Positions 22,001 through 31,105 of a stretch of DNA of 64,000 bases are shown here, piece after piece. The notes under the pieces are model-generated. The model was not told the origin of the DNA. It saw only the letters and a list, made by a program, of their open reading frames with translations, and made no database searches. This DNA is from Burkholderia sp. (GTDB taxonomy: Bacteria; Pseudomonadota; Gammaproteobacteria; Burkholderiales; Burkholderiaceae): NCBI GenBank assembly GCA_040946945.1, contig JAYFRX010000001.1:16605-80604 (forward strand), written 5' to 3'. The position numbers and the translations under genes were made by a program. How positions within the stretch are numbered: position 1 is the first letter of the stretch; the number at the start of each line of letters is the position of its first letter.

Positions 22001-25000
22001 GGCGGCGTCAACACCATCGCCACGCCCGAGGCGCATATCGCTTTCAGCAAGGCCGGCATGCTGTCGGTAGACGGCCGCTGCCAGACCTTTTCCGCCAAGG
22101 CCAACGGCTATGTGCGCGGCGAGGGCGTGGGCATGCTATTCTTGAAGGACCTGGCCGCGGCCGAGCGCGACGGCGACACCATCCACGCGGTGGTCGTCGG
22201 CAGTGCAGAGAATCACGGCGGCCGTGCCCCCTCGCTGACCGCGCCGAACCCGAAGGCACAGGCGGCTCTGCTGAAGGCCGCCTACGTCAAGGCCGGCTTC
22301 GACCCGCGCCAGCTCGGTTATATCGAGGCCCATGGCACCGGCACCGCACTGGGCGATCCGATCGAGGTGAACGCGCTGAAGAGTGCCTTCAAAGAGATCT
22401 ACCATCGCGCCGGTGCCGAGGCGCCTGGCCAGCCGCATTGCGGCCTCGGCTCGATCAAGACCAATATCGGGCACCTGGAGCTGGCCGCTGGCGTGGCCGG
22501 CATCATCAAGGTGCTGCTCCAGCTCCGGTACCGGACCCTCGTGCGCAGCCTGCACGGCGAGCAGGTCAGCCCCTACGTGCAGCTCGAGGGCAGCCCGTTC
22601 TATCTGGTCCGGGAAAACCGTCCCTGGGACGCGCCGCGCGATGCGCAGGGGCTTGAGCAGCCGCGCCGCGCCGGCGTCAGTGCGTTCGGCTTCGGTGGCG
22701 TCAACGCGCATGTGGTGCTCGAGGAATATGTCGCGCCGAGAGCGCGCGCGGCCGCGCCGGCGGCAGGCCCGGTGCTGGTGCCGCTGTCGGCGAAAAACGA
22801 AACGCGCCTGCGCGAGGCGGTGACGCGGCTGGCCGATTTCGCCGCCGCGCATGCCGACGATGCGGCGGTCGACCTGCACGACCTCGCCTATACACTGCAG
22901 GTGGGCCGCGATGCGATGGAAGCACGCCTTGGCCTGGTGGTGAACGACAAGGCCGAGCTGGCCCGGTGCCTGCGCGCCTGGCTTGACGACGCGGGTGCCG
23001 GCGAGGTGCTCCAGGCCGCGCGCGGCAAGGCGCAGAAGGAGGCACTGGCGGCCTTCTCCGGCGACGAGGAACTGGCCGGCGTGGTCGAGGGCTGGTGGCG
23101 CAACGGCAAGCAGGCCAAGTTGCTCGATCTGTGGGTCAAGGGACTGGACCTGAACTGGGCGCGGCTGCAGGCCGGTGCCGGACGTCGGCGCATCAGCCTG
23201 CCTGGTTATCCCTTCGCCGATGAGCGCTACTGGCTTACGCCGCTGTCGGCCGAATCCGCGGCGCCTGCCTCGGCGACGGCCCAGGTTGGAGCGAGCGAAG
23301 CGCCGGCGCTGTACTTCGAGGAAAGCTGGCAGTCCTATCCGGTGCCGTCGGTTTTTCCCGCATCTTCGGTGCGGACCCTGCTGTGCTGCCTGTCCGATGC
23401 CGCTCATCAGCAGGCCTTGCGCGAGGCCGTCGCTTGGCTTTGCCCGCAATGGCAGCTGATCTTCCTGGATCGGCAGGCAGCGGAACCGCTCGACCGACAA
23501 GGCTGGGGCGACGCGCTGCGCGTGCTCGAACAGGGCGGCGCTGCGATCGACGCGGTGGTCTATCTGCGGCCGCTGGAAGAGGCCGGTCTGCGCCGCGCCG
23601 AAGCGGTGCCGATCGGCCTGGTGCAGGCGCTGGGCGGCATGAAGACGCGGCCCGCCCGGCTGGTGCTAGGCGGTGAATATGCCGACGAACTCGAACGTAG
23701 CCAGCTGGAGGCCTGGATTGGCCTGGAGCGTTCGATGAGGCTGGCGCTGCCGGGCTGCAAGGCCGCCACGGTGCTGCGCGAAGCCGGCGACACGATCGAC
23801 TGGGCTGCCTGGGCGCAACTGCTGGGCGTCGCGCTCGGCGACGCGACGCCGCGCAACCTGCTGGCCGGCCGCGATGGCCTTCGGCAGCTCCAGGTGCAGC
23901 CGCTGACGTTGACCGAGGCCGCCGCGGTGGATCTGGGCCGCACGGTGCTGATTACCGGTGGTGCGGGCGGGCTGGGACTGATCTTCGCCCGTCACCTGGC
24001 TGCTGGCCGCCGCTGCAACCTGGTGCTGGTGGGCCGCTCGCCGCTCGATGCCGCGCGTCAGGCCGCCGTGCAGGCCCTGCAGGCTGCCGGCAGCGAGGTG
24101 CTATACCTGAGCGCCGATGTCGCCGACGCGGACGCCATGCGCGAGGTGGTGGCACGAGCCAAGGCGCGCTTCGGCGGCATCGACAGCGTGATCCACGCGG
24201 CAGGCATCCAGCACGCCGTGCCGCTCACCGACAAGCAGCCCGACGATGTGCGCCGCGTGCTCGACCCGAAGGTTCGCGGCGCGCTGGTGCTTGACCAGGT
24301 GCTGGCCGGCGAGCCACTGCGCCTGGTTTGCTACTTTTCTTCGAGTGCCTCGGTGCTCGGCGATTTCGGCTCCGCCGACTATGCCGTGGCCAATCGCTTC
24401 CTGGCCGCGCATGCGTTGGCGCGCGAGCAGCGTCACGCGCGCGGCGAGTGCGCCGGCCGCAGCCTGGCGATCGAATGGCCTCTGTGGCGCGAGGGCGGCA
24501 TGGGCGTGGGCGACGACGCAGGCACGGCCCTCTACCTCAAGTCCAGCGGCCAGCAGATGCTGGAGCAGGCCGCGGGGCTGGAGGCGTTCGAGCTGCTGCT
24601 GGGTTCCAACGCCACGCGCGCGCTGGTGCTGGTCGGCCAGCGTGAGCGCCTGCATCGCATGCTCGGGCTCGGTATGGTGCCGGTGGCGCTTGCTGCCGCG
24701 ACTCAGGCGACAGCAACCGTGATGCTGCCGCAGGGGCTTTCGACTGCATCCCTGGAAGAACGCGTGAGCGCCGAGCTGACCGCCTTGATCAGCGGCCAGA
24801 TCAAGTTAGCGCCCGAGCTGCTGGATGCCGAATCGAACCTGGCCGATTTCGGCCTCGATTCGTTCGGCCTGGCCGAGCTAGCCCGCGCATTGAGCGCGCT
24901 GTACGGCATTGAAGTGATGCCCTCGATCTTTTTCGCCTATTCGAGCATTGCGCGGCTGGCCGGCTATCTGCTGGACAAGCATTGCGCCGAGGTCGAGGCG

Positions 25001-28000
25001 CATCGGCGCGAGGTGACGCGTGTCGATGCCGCCGCCGCAATCCCGCCGCCGCTCGCGGCCGCGTCAACGCCCGCACAGGCGCACGTGCCCATGGCAGCTG
25101 TCATCGAACCCGTACAACCCAAGGCACCGGCAGTCGACGTCGAACGCGAGCCGATCGCCATCATAGGCATCAGCGGACGTTTCCCCAAGGCGCGCGATGT
25201 CGAGCAAATGTGGCGCATCTTCGCCGAGGGCATCGACGCGGTCGACGAGATCCCGGCCGAGCGTTTCGACTGGCGTGACTACTACGGCGGCCGTGAGGCG
25301 CAACCAGGCAAGACCAACAGCAAGTGGGCCGGCTGCCTCGACGGCGTCGATGAATTCGATCCGCTGTTCTTCGAGATCTCGCCGCGCGAGGCGCTCGCCA
25401 TGGATCCGCGCCAGCGCCTGCTGCTGCAGGAATCCTGGAACGCGCTGGAAGACGCCGGCTACGGCCCGCGCCAGCTGCGCGCCGACCCGGTCGGCATCTT
25501 CGTCGGCGTGGAGGAGGGCGACTACCAGCGCGTGGTACCCGACCTCGGCGTGACGTCCAACCACAACGGCATCCTCGCCTCGCGCCTGGCCTATTTCCTC
25601 GACCTGAACGGCCCGGTGTTGGCTATCAACACCGCCTGCTCCTCGGGCCTGGTGGCGGTGCACCAGGCCTGCGCCAGCCTGCTGAGCGGTGAATCCGACA
25701 CGGCGATCGCCGCCGGCGCCAACCTGATCCTGACGCCCGAGCCCTACGTGGGCATGAGCCAGGCCGGCATGCTGTCGCCGGACGGCTGCTGCCGCGCCTT
25801 CGACCGGGCCGCGAACGGCATGGTGCCGGGCGAGGCGGTGGCGGTGGTGGTGCTTAAGCGCTGGTCGCGCGCGGTGGCCGACGGCGATCCGATCCGCGGC
25901 CTGATCCGCGCCAGCGGCATCAACAACGACGGCCGCAGCAACGGCATCACCGCACCCAACGCGCTGGCCCAGGCCAGCCTGGTGGGCCAGGTCCAGCGCG
26001 ACGCCGGCGTGGTGCCGGAGCAGATCGACTACGTGGTCACCCACGGCACCGGCACGCGCCTGGGCGACCCGGTGGAGATCCAGGCGCTGGCCGAGGCCTT
26101 CGGGCAGCCGGCCAACGGCCGGGCCTATTGCGCGCTCACCTCGAGCAAGGGCAACTTCGGCCATACCTTCGCCGCCTCCGGGCTGCTCAGCCTGATCGGG
26201 CTGGTGCAGGCGCTCGAGCACGACACCATTCCGCCCAGCCTTCACTGCGACCAGGACAGCGACTACATCGCCTGGCGCGACAGCGCCTTCTACGTAAACA
26301 AGCAGGCCCGGCCCTGGCCGCGCGACGCCCGGCGTCCGCGCCTGGGTGCCGTCAGCGCCTTCGGCATGAGCGGCACCAATGCGCACGTGCTGGTGCAGGA
26401 GGCGCCGGCCGCGGCGGCTCGCACCGCCGCCGAGTTGCCGTCGGACGTGGTGTTGGCGCTCTCGGCTAAGACCGAGGCGGCCCTGCGCGAACGCCTGCTC
26501 GGCCTGCGCGACTGGCTGGCCAGCCCGGCGGCCGAGCGCTGCGAGCTTGCCTCGATTAGCCGCACGCTGCTGGACGGCCGTCATCACTTCGCGCATCGCG
26601 CCGCGGTGGTGGTCGCCAACCGGGCCGCGGCGATCGCCGCGCTGGAACATCTCGCCGCGCTCGATGCGGTCGACGGTCCCGATTATTACCTCGGCAAGGC
26701 ACCGCGCGGCTTCAAGGGCGAGGAGACGCTGCGCGAGCGCGCCGCGAACTGTCCCGCGCAGCAGTTGCTCGATTCCGCGGCGCATCGCGCCCGGCTGTGC
26801 GAGCTGGCCCGGCTACATTGCCAAGGTTATGCGGTGGCCTGGTCGGAACTCGACGGCCTGCAGTCGGCAGCCAGGGTCCACCTGCCCGGTTATCCGTTCG
26901 CGCGCGAATCGTACTGGCCGAAGACGCGGATCTCGTCGCCGGCTGCCGTGCCCGTGTCCCTCGCTTCCAACTCCACGCCGCCGCTGCCGGCGGCCACCTC
27001 GGTACGTCCGATGCTTCGAACCGAACTCTCCGACCCGGCCCAAGGCCGCTATGCCGCGCGTTTCAGCGGCGAGGAATTCTTCCTCAGGGATCACCGTGTG
27101 CGCGGCCAGGCCGTGCTGCCCGGGGTGGCCTACTTGGAACTGGTGCGTGAGGCCCTGGAGGCCCGCACGGGGCACGCCGTGTCCGGCGGCCTGCAGCTGC
27201 AGCACGTGACCTGGGTGCAGCCGCTGATGGTGAACGCGCCGGGCGTCGAGGCGCGCATCGACCTGCATCGCCAGGAGAACGGCGAATGGCGCTACGAAGT
27301 CGGCAGCGGCGGCAATGCCGAAGGCGAGCGCCGCCTGCACGGCCAGGGCTTCCTCGAGCTGGTTCCGCAAGCCGAACCGGCCGCGCTGGACTTGTCGGCG
27401 CTGCACGGCAGCTGCCGCTCGGCCGAGCTGGACAGCGCAGCCTGTTATGCCGCCTACCAGGCGGTGAGCATCGAATACGGCCCGAGCTTCCGCGCCGTGC
27501 ATCGGATCTGGGTGGGCGAGGGCCAGGCGCTGGCGCAGCTGTGCCTGCCGGCCGAAGCGCTGGCGGATAGCGAGGCCTATGCCCTGCATCCGAGCCTGCT
27601 CGACGGCGCCCTGCAGGCCAGCATCGGCCTGGCAATGGCGCAGCAGGTCGCGCAGGGCGGGGAGCCCATGCTGAGCCTGCCGTTTGCACTCGACAGCCTG
27701 GTCCTGCATCGGCCCTGCCCGAACGAGACCTGGGTGTGGATCCGTCCCACGCCAGGGGCGCAGAGCAGCCGCGTACGCAAGCTGGACCTCGATCTCTGCG
27801 ACGCGCAAGGCCGCGTCTGCGTCGCTTTGCGCGGTTTCTCCGCGCGGCTGGTGGTGCAGGCCGCCACGGCCAAACCGTCGTCGATCGAGGCTCCGGTCGA
27901 CGCCGCGCGAGCTTCGATGGCGGCGTCGTCCCCCGTGTCTGCTGCGACCAACGATATCGCGTTGATCGCCGTGCCTGCGGCAACGGCCGGCACCACGCAA

Positions 28001-31000
28001 GGCGCCTGGCTGCCGGTGGGCCCGACCGTGCTCGCGCCCGTCTGGGTCGTGCGCGATGTCGACGACGACAGCCAGGCGCCGGCCCCGGTGCGCATGCTAT
28101 TGATCGGCGGCGACACCGCGCAGCGCGTGGCCTGGCAGCGTGCCTATCCGCAACTGCTGGCCATCGATCCGGTACCGTCCGCGACGGTGGACGAACTGCG
28201 CGGCCAGCTCGCCGTGATCGGCGCGATCGACGAACTGGTCTGGATCGCGCCGGCGCAGGACAGCCAGGACCCGGCCGACGAGGCCCTGCTGACGGCGCAC
28301 GCCGGCGGCGCGCTGGCGCTGTTCCGCCTGGTGAAGGCCCTGCTGGCCGAGGATCACGCCGGCCGTCGCCTGGCCTGGACCGTGCTGACCCGCGCCACCC
28401 AGCAGGTTCATCCGCGGGACCCGGTCGCGCCGGCGCATGCCACTGTGCATGGCCTGGTCGGCTCGCTGGCCAAGGAATATCCGCATTGGTCGGTGCGATT
28501 GATCGACCTCGACGCGCAAGGTGCCGATCCCGCGCCGACGCAGTGCCGCGCGCTGCCGGCCGGCAGTGGCGAGAGCTGGGCCTGGCGTCGCGGCGAATGG
28601 CACGCACCGGAACTGGTCGCGCTGGCCGAGCCGACCCGCGGCAAGGCCCCCGCGCCATATCGCGAGGGCGGCGTCTACGTGGTGATCGGCGGCGCGGGCG
28701 GGCTGGGCGAGGTCTGGACGCGGCATCTGATCGAGCATTACCGCGCCCAGGTGTTCTGGATCGGCCGTCGCGCCGAGGACGCCGGCCTGCGCGCGCGCCT
28801 GGCGGCCCTGACCTCGCACGGGCCGGCTCCCGTCTACCTGCAGGCCGACGCGGGCGACCGTCTGGCGCTGTCCCGCGCCCGCGACACGATCCTGCAGCGC
28901 CACGGCCGTATCCACGGCGTGGTGCATTCGGCCCTGGTCCTGCAGGACAGCAGCCTGGCGCGGATGCACGAAGCCACCCTGCAATCGGCGCTGCGGCCCA
29001 AGCTCGACGTCAGCCTGCGCATCGCCCAGGTGTTCGCCGCCGACGCGCTGGATTTCGTACTGTTCTTCTCGTCGATGATGAGTTTTTCCCGCGCCGCGGG
29101 GCAGGGAAACTACGCGGCCGGCTGCACCTTCAAGGACGCGCTGGCCCAGGCGCTGGGGCGCCGCTGGCCCTGCGCGGTGAAGGTGATGAACTGGGGCTAC
29201 TGGGGCAGCGTGGGCGTGGTGGCCGACGCGCGCTACCAGGAGCGCATGAGCCGCGCCGGGATCGGCTCGATCGAGGCCGAGGAGGCGATGGCCGCGCTGG
29301 AGCGCCTGCTCGGCGGGCCGGACGCGCAGCTGGGGCTAATCAAGCTGAGCCGCGCGCAGGCCGTGGAAGGCGTGCGTGCCGACCTGCGCGGCGAGCGCTA
29401 CGGTGCGGCCCTGCCCTCGCTGCTGCCGCAGCTGGCGGCGCGGCCGCTGCCGCCCGAGCATGCGTCGCGGCTTGCGGCCGCCCAGGCGGCCCTACCGCCG
29501 CAGGCCATGCAGGCGCTGAGCCTGCGCCTGCTCGGCCAGGCGCTGCTCGGCTTCTCGCCCGACGGCCGGCATCTGCCGGGCGGTGGCACCGGCCTGGCGC
29601 TGGCCGGCCATTACCGGCGCTGGTATGACACCAGCCTGCGCCTGCTGGCCGCCGGCGACTGGCTTCAGCCGCTGCCAAACGGCGACTACCGCATCCTCGC
29701 CGCTGCCGCGCAGGACGCTTGGCCCGAATGGGAAGCCGCGCGTGGGGCCTGGCTAGCCGATCCGCAGCAGCAGGCCTGGGCGCAATTGCTCGAGGTCTGC
29801 CTGCGTGTGCTGCCGGAGCTGCTGGTCGGCCGGCGCAAGGCCACCGACGTGATGTTCCCGAACTCCTCGCTGCGCCTGGTGGAAGGCATCTATCGCGGCA
29901 ATCCGATTGCCGACCTCTACAACCACATCCTGTTCGATGCGGTGGAGGCCTATGTGCAGGAGCGGCTGGCGCGCGAGCCACGGGCGCGGCTGCGGCTGCT
30001 GGAGATTGGTGCCGGCACCGGCGGCACAAGCGCCGGACTGCTGCAGCGGCTGGACCGCTACGCCGCGAACATCGACGAATACTGCTACACCGATCTGTCG
30101 AAGGCCTTCCTGCTGCATGCCGAGCAGCACTACGCGCCGGGACGGTCGTTCCTGCGCACCCAGCGCTTCAACGTGGAAGAGCCGCCTCAGGCGCAGGGCA
30201 TTGCCGCCGACAGCTACGACATCGCGGTGGCCGCCAACGTGCTGCACGCCACGGCCAATATCCGCCGCACCCTGCGCCACGCCAAGGCACCGCTGCGCGC
30301 GGGCGGCCTGCTGGCGCTCAACGAACTTGGCGAGCTGAGCCTCTTGACGCACCTGAGCTTCGGGCTGCTCGACGGCTGGTGGCTCTACGAGGATCCGTCC
30401 TTGCGCCTGGACGGCTCGCCGGGCCTGTCGGCCGAGGGGTGGGAGCGCGCACTGGCCGAGGAGGGGTATGCGCCGCTGTGGCGGCCGGCCGAGGAATGCA
30501 ACCAGTATGGCCAGCAGGTGCTGCTGGCGCAGAGCGACGGCCGCGTGAAGCGCGACGTGGTTGTGCAGGCGCCGCCTGCGGTGGTGGCGCAGCCGGTCGA
30601 GGCAAGCGCGCCGGCGGCCGAGGTTTCTTCCTCTGTCGCGCCGGCCCCTGCATCCGCCTTCGTGCCCGTGACTGGACCGGCTTCCGCGCCGATCTTCGCG
30701 GCGCCTCTCACCGAGCCGGCCCCGCAGGACCTGGAGCAGGCCGTGGCCGATCACGTGCGGACCTTGTTGCGCGAGTGCATCGGCAAGGGTCTCGATCTCG
30801 ATCCGCTGCGGATCGAAGCCGATCGCAGCTTCTCCGAATACGGCGTGGATTCGATCCTCGCGGTGCAGCTCGTCAACGAGATCAACCAGCGGCTCGGCAT
30901 CGTGTTGCAGACCACCGTTCTGTTCGACTACAGCCATCTCGACGCGCTGGCTGAGTACCTGGAGCAGGCGCATCAGGCTGCGCTGCGCGCGAGCCTGCCG

Positions 31001-31105
31001 GTGCCAATTGCCGTTGTGCCGGCATCGCCTGCCAGCCGACTCCGCGAGTGCAGCCGGTTGGCGCAAGCTTCCCGGCGGCCGCCAGCGGCCGTCGCCGCGC
31101 CCTGA
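16094..31105 (+). CDS. lgaC: Trans-AT PKS, N-terminal part of a frameshifted gene: docking domain-ACP-KS5-[ACP0 insert]-DH-KR-ACP-KS6-KR-ACP-KS7-DH-KR-cMT-ACP (probable LgaC N-part)
   Basis: ATGA overlap with the upstream stop and AGGA at 16084-16087. KS motifs DTMCSS, ETACSS, NTACSS with intact His residues; ACPs GIDS, GFDS, GLDS, GVDS; MT LEIGAGTGG. The last ~23 codons look out of frame (see frameshift finding). Gene symbol is inferred. Confidence 0.9.
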   Translation: MTDHVAEIYRQVAAAQLSKDEALARLRQVQEQDALEVPDARPASARAAAGTREAVAQALAALYAAQSKIALEAIDPLEPLESYGIDSIVIAGMNRELGERFEGLSKTLFFEHRTLDSLAGFLLREHEAACRAWLTPVTAAAEAPAAAASATAAQVIATAGTAPANPANTGEIVAPATAGAAATSAADTTAWAPIGIVGLAGRYPQAADLDAFWRNLREGRDCIVEVPAERWPLDGFYEPDPDRAIASGRSYGKWGGFLEGFADFDPLFFNISPLEAMGMDPQERLFLQSAWHALEDAGYTRDSLAERCGGRVGVFAGVTRTGFGLLGLEAWHEGRTVFSQPAFSSIPNRVSYALDLRGPSLPVDTMCSSSLTAIHEACAALHRGDCAMALAGGVNLCVHPASYVGLATGKMLSSEGRCRSFGAGGDGYVPGEGVGVVVLKPLAAALADGDRIHGAIRATSVNHGGRTNGFTVPNPAAQAELIAESLRKSGIHPRAIGYIEAHGTGTALGDPIEVSGLAQAFAPHTRECGFCPLGSAKSNLGHLEAAAGIAGLTKVLLQMRHGELVPSLHAEQLNPNIDFDGTPFVVQRELAPWAEPELDLDGQARLYPRIASVSSFGAGGANAHLLVEQYRVPAVPSASFAGPQAIVLSARTPDRLRAAARALLDHVEGGGAGASPAAHLGAWLIEELAVIVGVDAVAIDAREALSDLGVEVLHRTRWYERVQERLNLPWSLKDFLDQDSVQQLTDNLLREHGATVAAQFPAPAAAAPALADLAHTLQVGREAMPERLAFVAADLAELAAGLRGFLDDDERFPLWHGKARHGRALPARPDQAQWQAWIDAQDWSKLLPAWVAGHELPWRELPGAQGARRIGLPLYPFAAERYWVDPQSLRPHPVTSVESRLHPLAQQRTDGAECPTFLSRFSGAESFFDDHQVGGLRILPGVAYLEMARAAASLAADGAAIRSLRNVVWARPIEAGAEGVAVTLRLQPHQEGIWRYEALGADGGVHGQGLAGTALPETPADLDLAALRARMQGGTLDAEAFYQAYASMGIAYGAAHRGFVQAVVGEGELLAELCLPAAVQADAQAYVLHPSLMDAAFQATLGLYLLGPRADAAQAMLPFALETLELHQPPQARAWCWIRSQGGRGGVEKFDIELCDAQGRICVRMLGFSSRVLEPAAAPEAVEVPSLLLSRHAWQDAPASQATPDSALTRRLLLVSIDPQPASWQQLGQGELLQAASVQPEEACAILYTQVFERVKAWLEEKGRDTCLWQVAIAGQGTELLLAGLSGLLRSASQESRRLLGQLLILEGDEDVASLRTRLDDNAASPFDSLVRYSEGRRETWRLLELPDDGNSGSEAEVVPLPWRQNGVYLLSGGAGELGLLFAEEIARRASGATLVLTGRSVLSDQRRARLDALRGHGAQYRYEQVDVADRQAVVQLVERITAEQGGLDGVLHIAGVLRDSYILKKDRAAFEQVLVPKLLGTANLDHATRALDLDFFLMFSSSAAIFGNLGQADYAAANGFMDAYAAYRQARGGCGRSLSVNWPLWRDGGMGMEAATEEMMLANTGMVAMRAPSGFTALARALHSGLPQVAVMEGLAERMRQKLLAVPAAASMKAVVPDVSAPAAAAPGGQADHDELVARVARGMRQMAGELLKLDLDQIDIEDDLSDYGFDSITFTSFSNRINKQFGLELIPTIFFEYPDIAGLATHLVEAHRTALVASLGLPAAPAQGAQARPAASASAAAATTAASATAPVPLAPQLASQAGSASTPPAPRRGVAVIGISGSFPGADGVDALWQLLERGGDAIGEVPASRWDWRRCLPSGESEAVRARVRWGGFMDGVDRFDPLFFGISPREAELMDPQQRLLLTHVWLAVEDAGYAPQSLAGSDTGLFVGTAVGSYGSLVLQAGRSQDAYSSTSSVASIGPSRVSYFLDWHGPSEPIETACSSSLVAVHRAVHAIESGRCEAVLAGGVNTIATPEAHIAFSKAGMLSVDGRCQTFSAKANGYVRGEGVGMLFLKDLAAAERDGDTIHAVVVGSAENHGGRAPSLTAPNPKAQAALLKAAYVKAGFDPRQLGYIEAHGTGTALGDPIEVNALKSAFKEIYHRAGAEAPGQPHCGLGSIKTNIGHLELAAGVAGIIKVLLQLRYRTLVRSLHGEQVSPYVQLEGSPFYLVRENRPWDAPRDAQGLEQPRRAGVSAFGFGGVNAHVVLEEYVAPRARAAAPAAGPVLVPLSAKNETRLREAVTRLADFAAAHADDAAVDLHDLAYTLQVGRDAMEARLGLVVNDKAELARCLRAWLDDAGAGEVLQAARGKAQKEALAAFSGDEELAGVVEGWWRNGKQAKLLDLWVKGLDLNWARLQAGAGRRRISLPGYPFADERYWLTPLSAESAAPASATAQVGASEAPALYFEESWQSYPVPSVFPASSVRTLLCCLSDAAHQQALREAVAWLCPQWQLIFLDRQAAEPLDRQGWGDALRVLEQGGAAIDAVVYLRPLEEAGLRRAEAVPIGLVQALGGMKTRPARLVLGGEYADELERSQLEAWIGLERSMRLALPGCKAATVLREAGDTIDWAAWAQLLGVALGDATPRNLLAGRDGLRQLQVQPLTLTEAAAVDLGRTVLITGGAGGLGLIFARHLAAGRRCNLVLVGRSPLDAARQAAVQALQAAGSEVLYLSADVADADAMREVVARAKARFGGIDSVIHAAGIQHAVPLTDKQPDDVRRVLDPKVRGALVLDQVLAGEPLRLVCYFSSSASVLGDFGSADYAVANRFLAAHALAREQRHARGECAGRSLAIEWPLWREGGMGVGDDAGTALYLKSSGQQMLEQAAGLEAFELLLGSNATRALVLVGQRERLHRMLGLGMVPVALAAATQATATVMLPQGLSTASLEERVSAELTALISGQIKLAPELLDAESNLADFGLDSFGLAELARALSALYGIEVMPSIFFAYSSIARLAGYLLDKHCAEVEAHRREVTRVDAAAAIPPPLAAASTPAQAHVPMAAVIEPVQPKAPAVDVEREPIAIIGISGRFPKARDVEQMWRIFAEGIDAVDEIPAERFDWRDYYGGREAQPGKTNSKWAGCLDGVDEFDPLFFEISPREALAMDPRQRLLLQESWNALEDAGYGPRQLRADPVGIFVGVEEGDYQRVVPDLGVTSNHNGILASRLAYFLDLNGPVLAINTACSSGLVAVHQACASLLSGESDTAIAAGANLILTPEPYVGMSQAGMLSPDGCCRAFDRAANGMVPGEAVAVVVLKRWSRAVADGDPIRGLIRASGINNDGRSNGITAPNALAQASLVGQVQRDAGVVPEQIDYVVTHGTGTRLGDPVEIQALAEAFGQPANGRAYCALTSSKGNFGHTFAASGLLSLIGLVQALEHDTIPPSLHCDQDSDYIAWRDSAFYVNKQARPWPRDARRPRLGAVSAFGMSGTNAHVLVQEAPAAAARTAAELPSDVVLALSAKTEAALRERLLGLRDWLASPAAERCELASISRTLLDGRHHFAHRAAVVVANRAAAIAALEHLAALDAVDGPDYYLGKAPRGFKGEETLRERAANCPAQQLLDSAAHRARLCELARLHCQGYAVAWSELDGLQSAARVHLPGYPFARESYWPKTRISSPAAVPVSLASNSTPPLPAATSVRPMLRTELSDPAQGRYAARFSGEEFFLRDHRVRGQAVLPGVAYLELVREALEARTGHAVSGGLQLQHVTWVQPLMVNAPGVEARIDLHRQENGEWRYEVGSGGNAEGERRLHGQGFLELVPQAEPAALDLSALHGSCRSAELDSAACYAAYQAVSIEYGPSFRAVHRIWVGEGQALAQLCLPAEALADSEAYALHPSLLDGALQASIGLAMAQQVAQGGEPMLSLPFALDSLVLHRPCPNETWVWIRPTPGAQSSRVRKLDLDLCDAQGRVCVALRGFSARLVVQAATAKPSSIEAPVDAARASMAASSPVSAATNDIALIAVPAATAGTTQGAWLPVGPTVLAPVWVVRDVDDDSQAPAPVRMLLIGGDTAQRVAWQRAYPQLLAIDPVPSATVDELRGQLAVIGAIDELVWIAPAQDSQDPADEALLTAHAGGALALFRLVKALLAEDHAGRRLAWTVLTRATQQVHPRDPVAPAHATVHGLVGSLAKEYPHWSVRLIDLDAQGADPAPTQCRALPAGSGESWAWRRGEWHAPELVALAEPTRGKAPAPYREGGVYVVIGGAGGLGEVWTRHLIEHYRAQVFWIGRRAEDAGLRARLAALTSHGPAPVYLQADAGDRLALSRARDTILQRHGRIHGVVHSALVLQDSSLARMHEATLQSALRPKLDVSLRIAQVFAADALDFVLFFSSMMSFSRAAGQGNYAAGCTFKDALAQALGRRWPCAVKVMNWGYWGSVGVVADARYQERMSRAGIGSIEAEEAMAALERLLGGPDAQLGLIKLSRAQAVEGVRADLRGERYGAALPSLLPQLAARPLPPEHASRLAAAQAALPPQAMQALSLRLLGQALLGFSPDGRHLPGGGTGLALAGHYRRWYDTSLRLLAAGDWLQPLPNGDYRILAAAAQDAWPEWEAARGAWLADPQQQAWAQLLEVCLRVLPELLVGRRKATDVMFPNSSLRLVEGIYRGNPIADLYNHILFDAVEAYVQERLAREPRARLRLLEIGAGTGGTSAGLLQRLDRYAANIDEYCYTDLSKAFLLHAEQHYAPGRSFLRTQRFNVEEPPQAQGIAADSYDIAVAANVLHATANIRRTLRHAKAPLRAGGLLALNELGELSLLTHLSFGLLDGWWLYEDPSLRLDGSPGLSAEGWERALAEEGYAPLWRPAEECNQYGQQVLLAQSDGRVKRDVVVQAPPAVVAQPVEASAPAAEVSSSVAPAPASAFVPVTGPASAPIFAAPLTEPAPQDLEQAVADHVRTLLRECIGKGLDLDPLRIEADRSFSEYGVDSILAVQLVNEINQRLGIVLQTTVLFDYSHLDALAEYLEQAHQAALRASLPVPIAVVPASPASRLRECSRLAQASRRPPAAVAAP

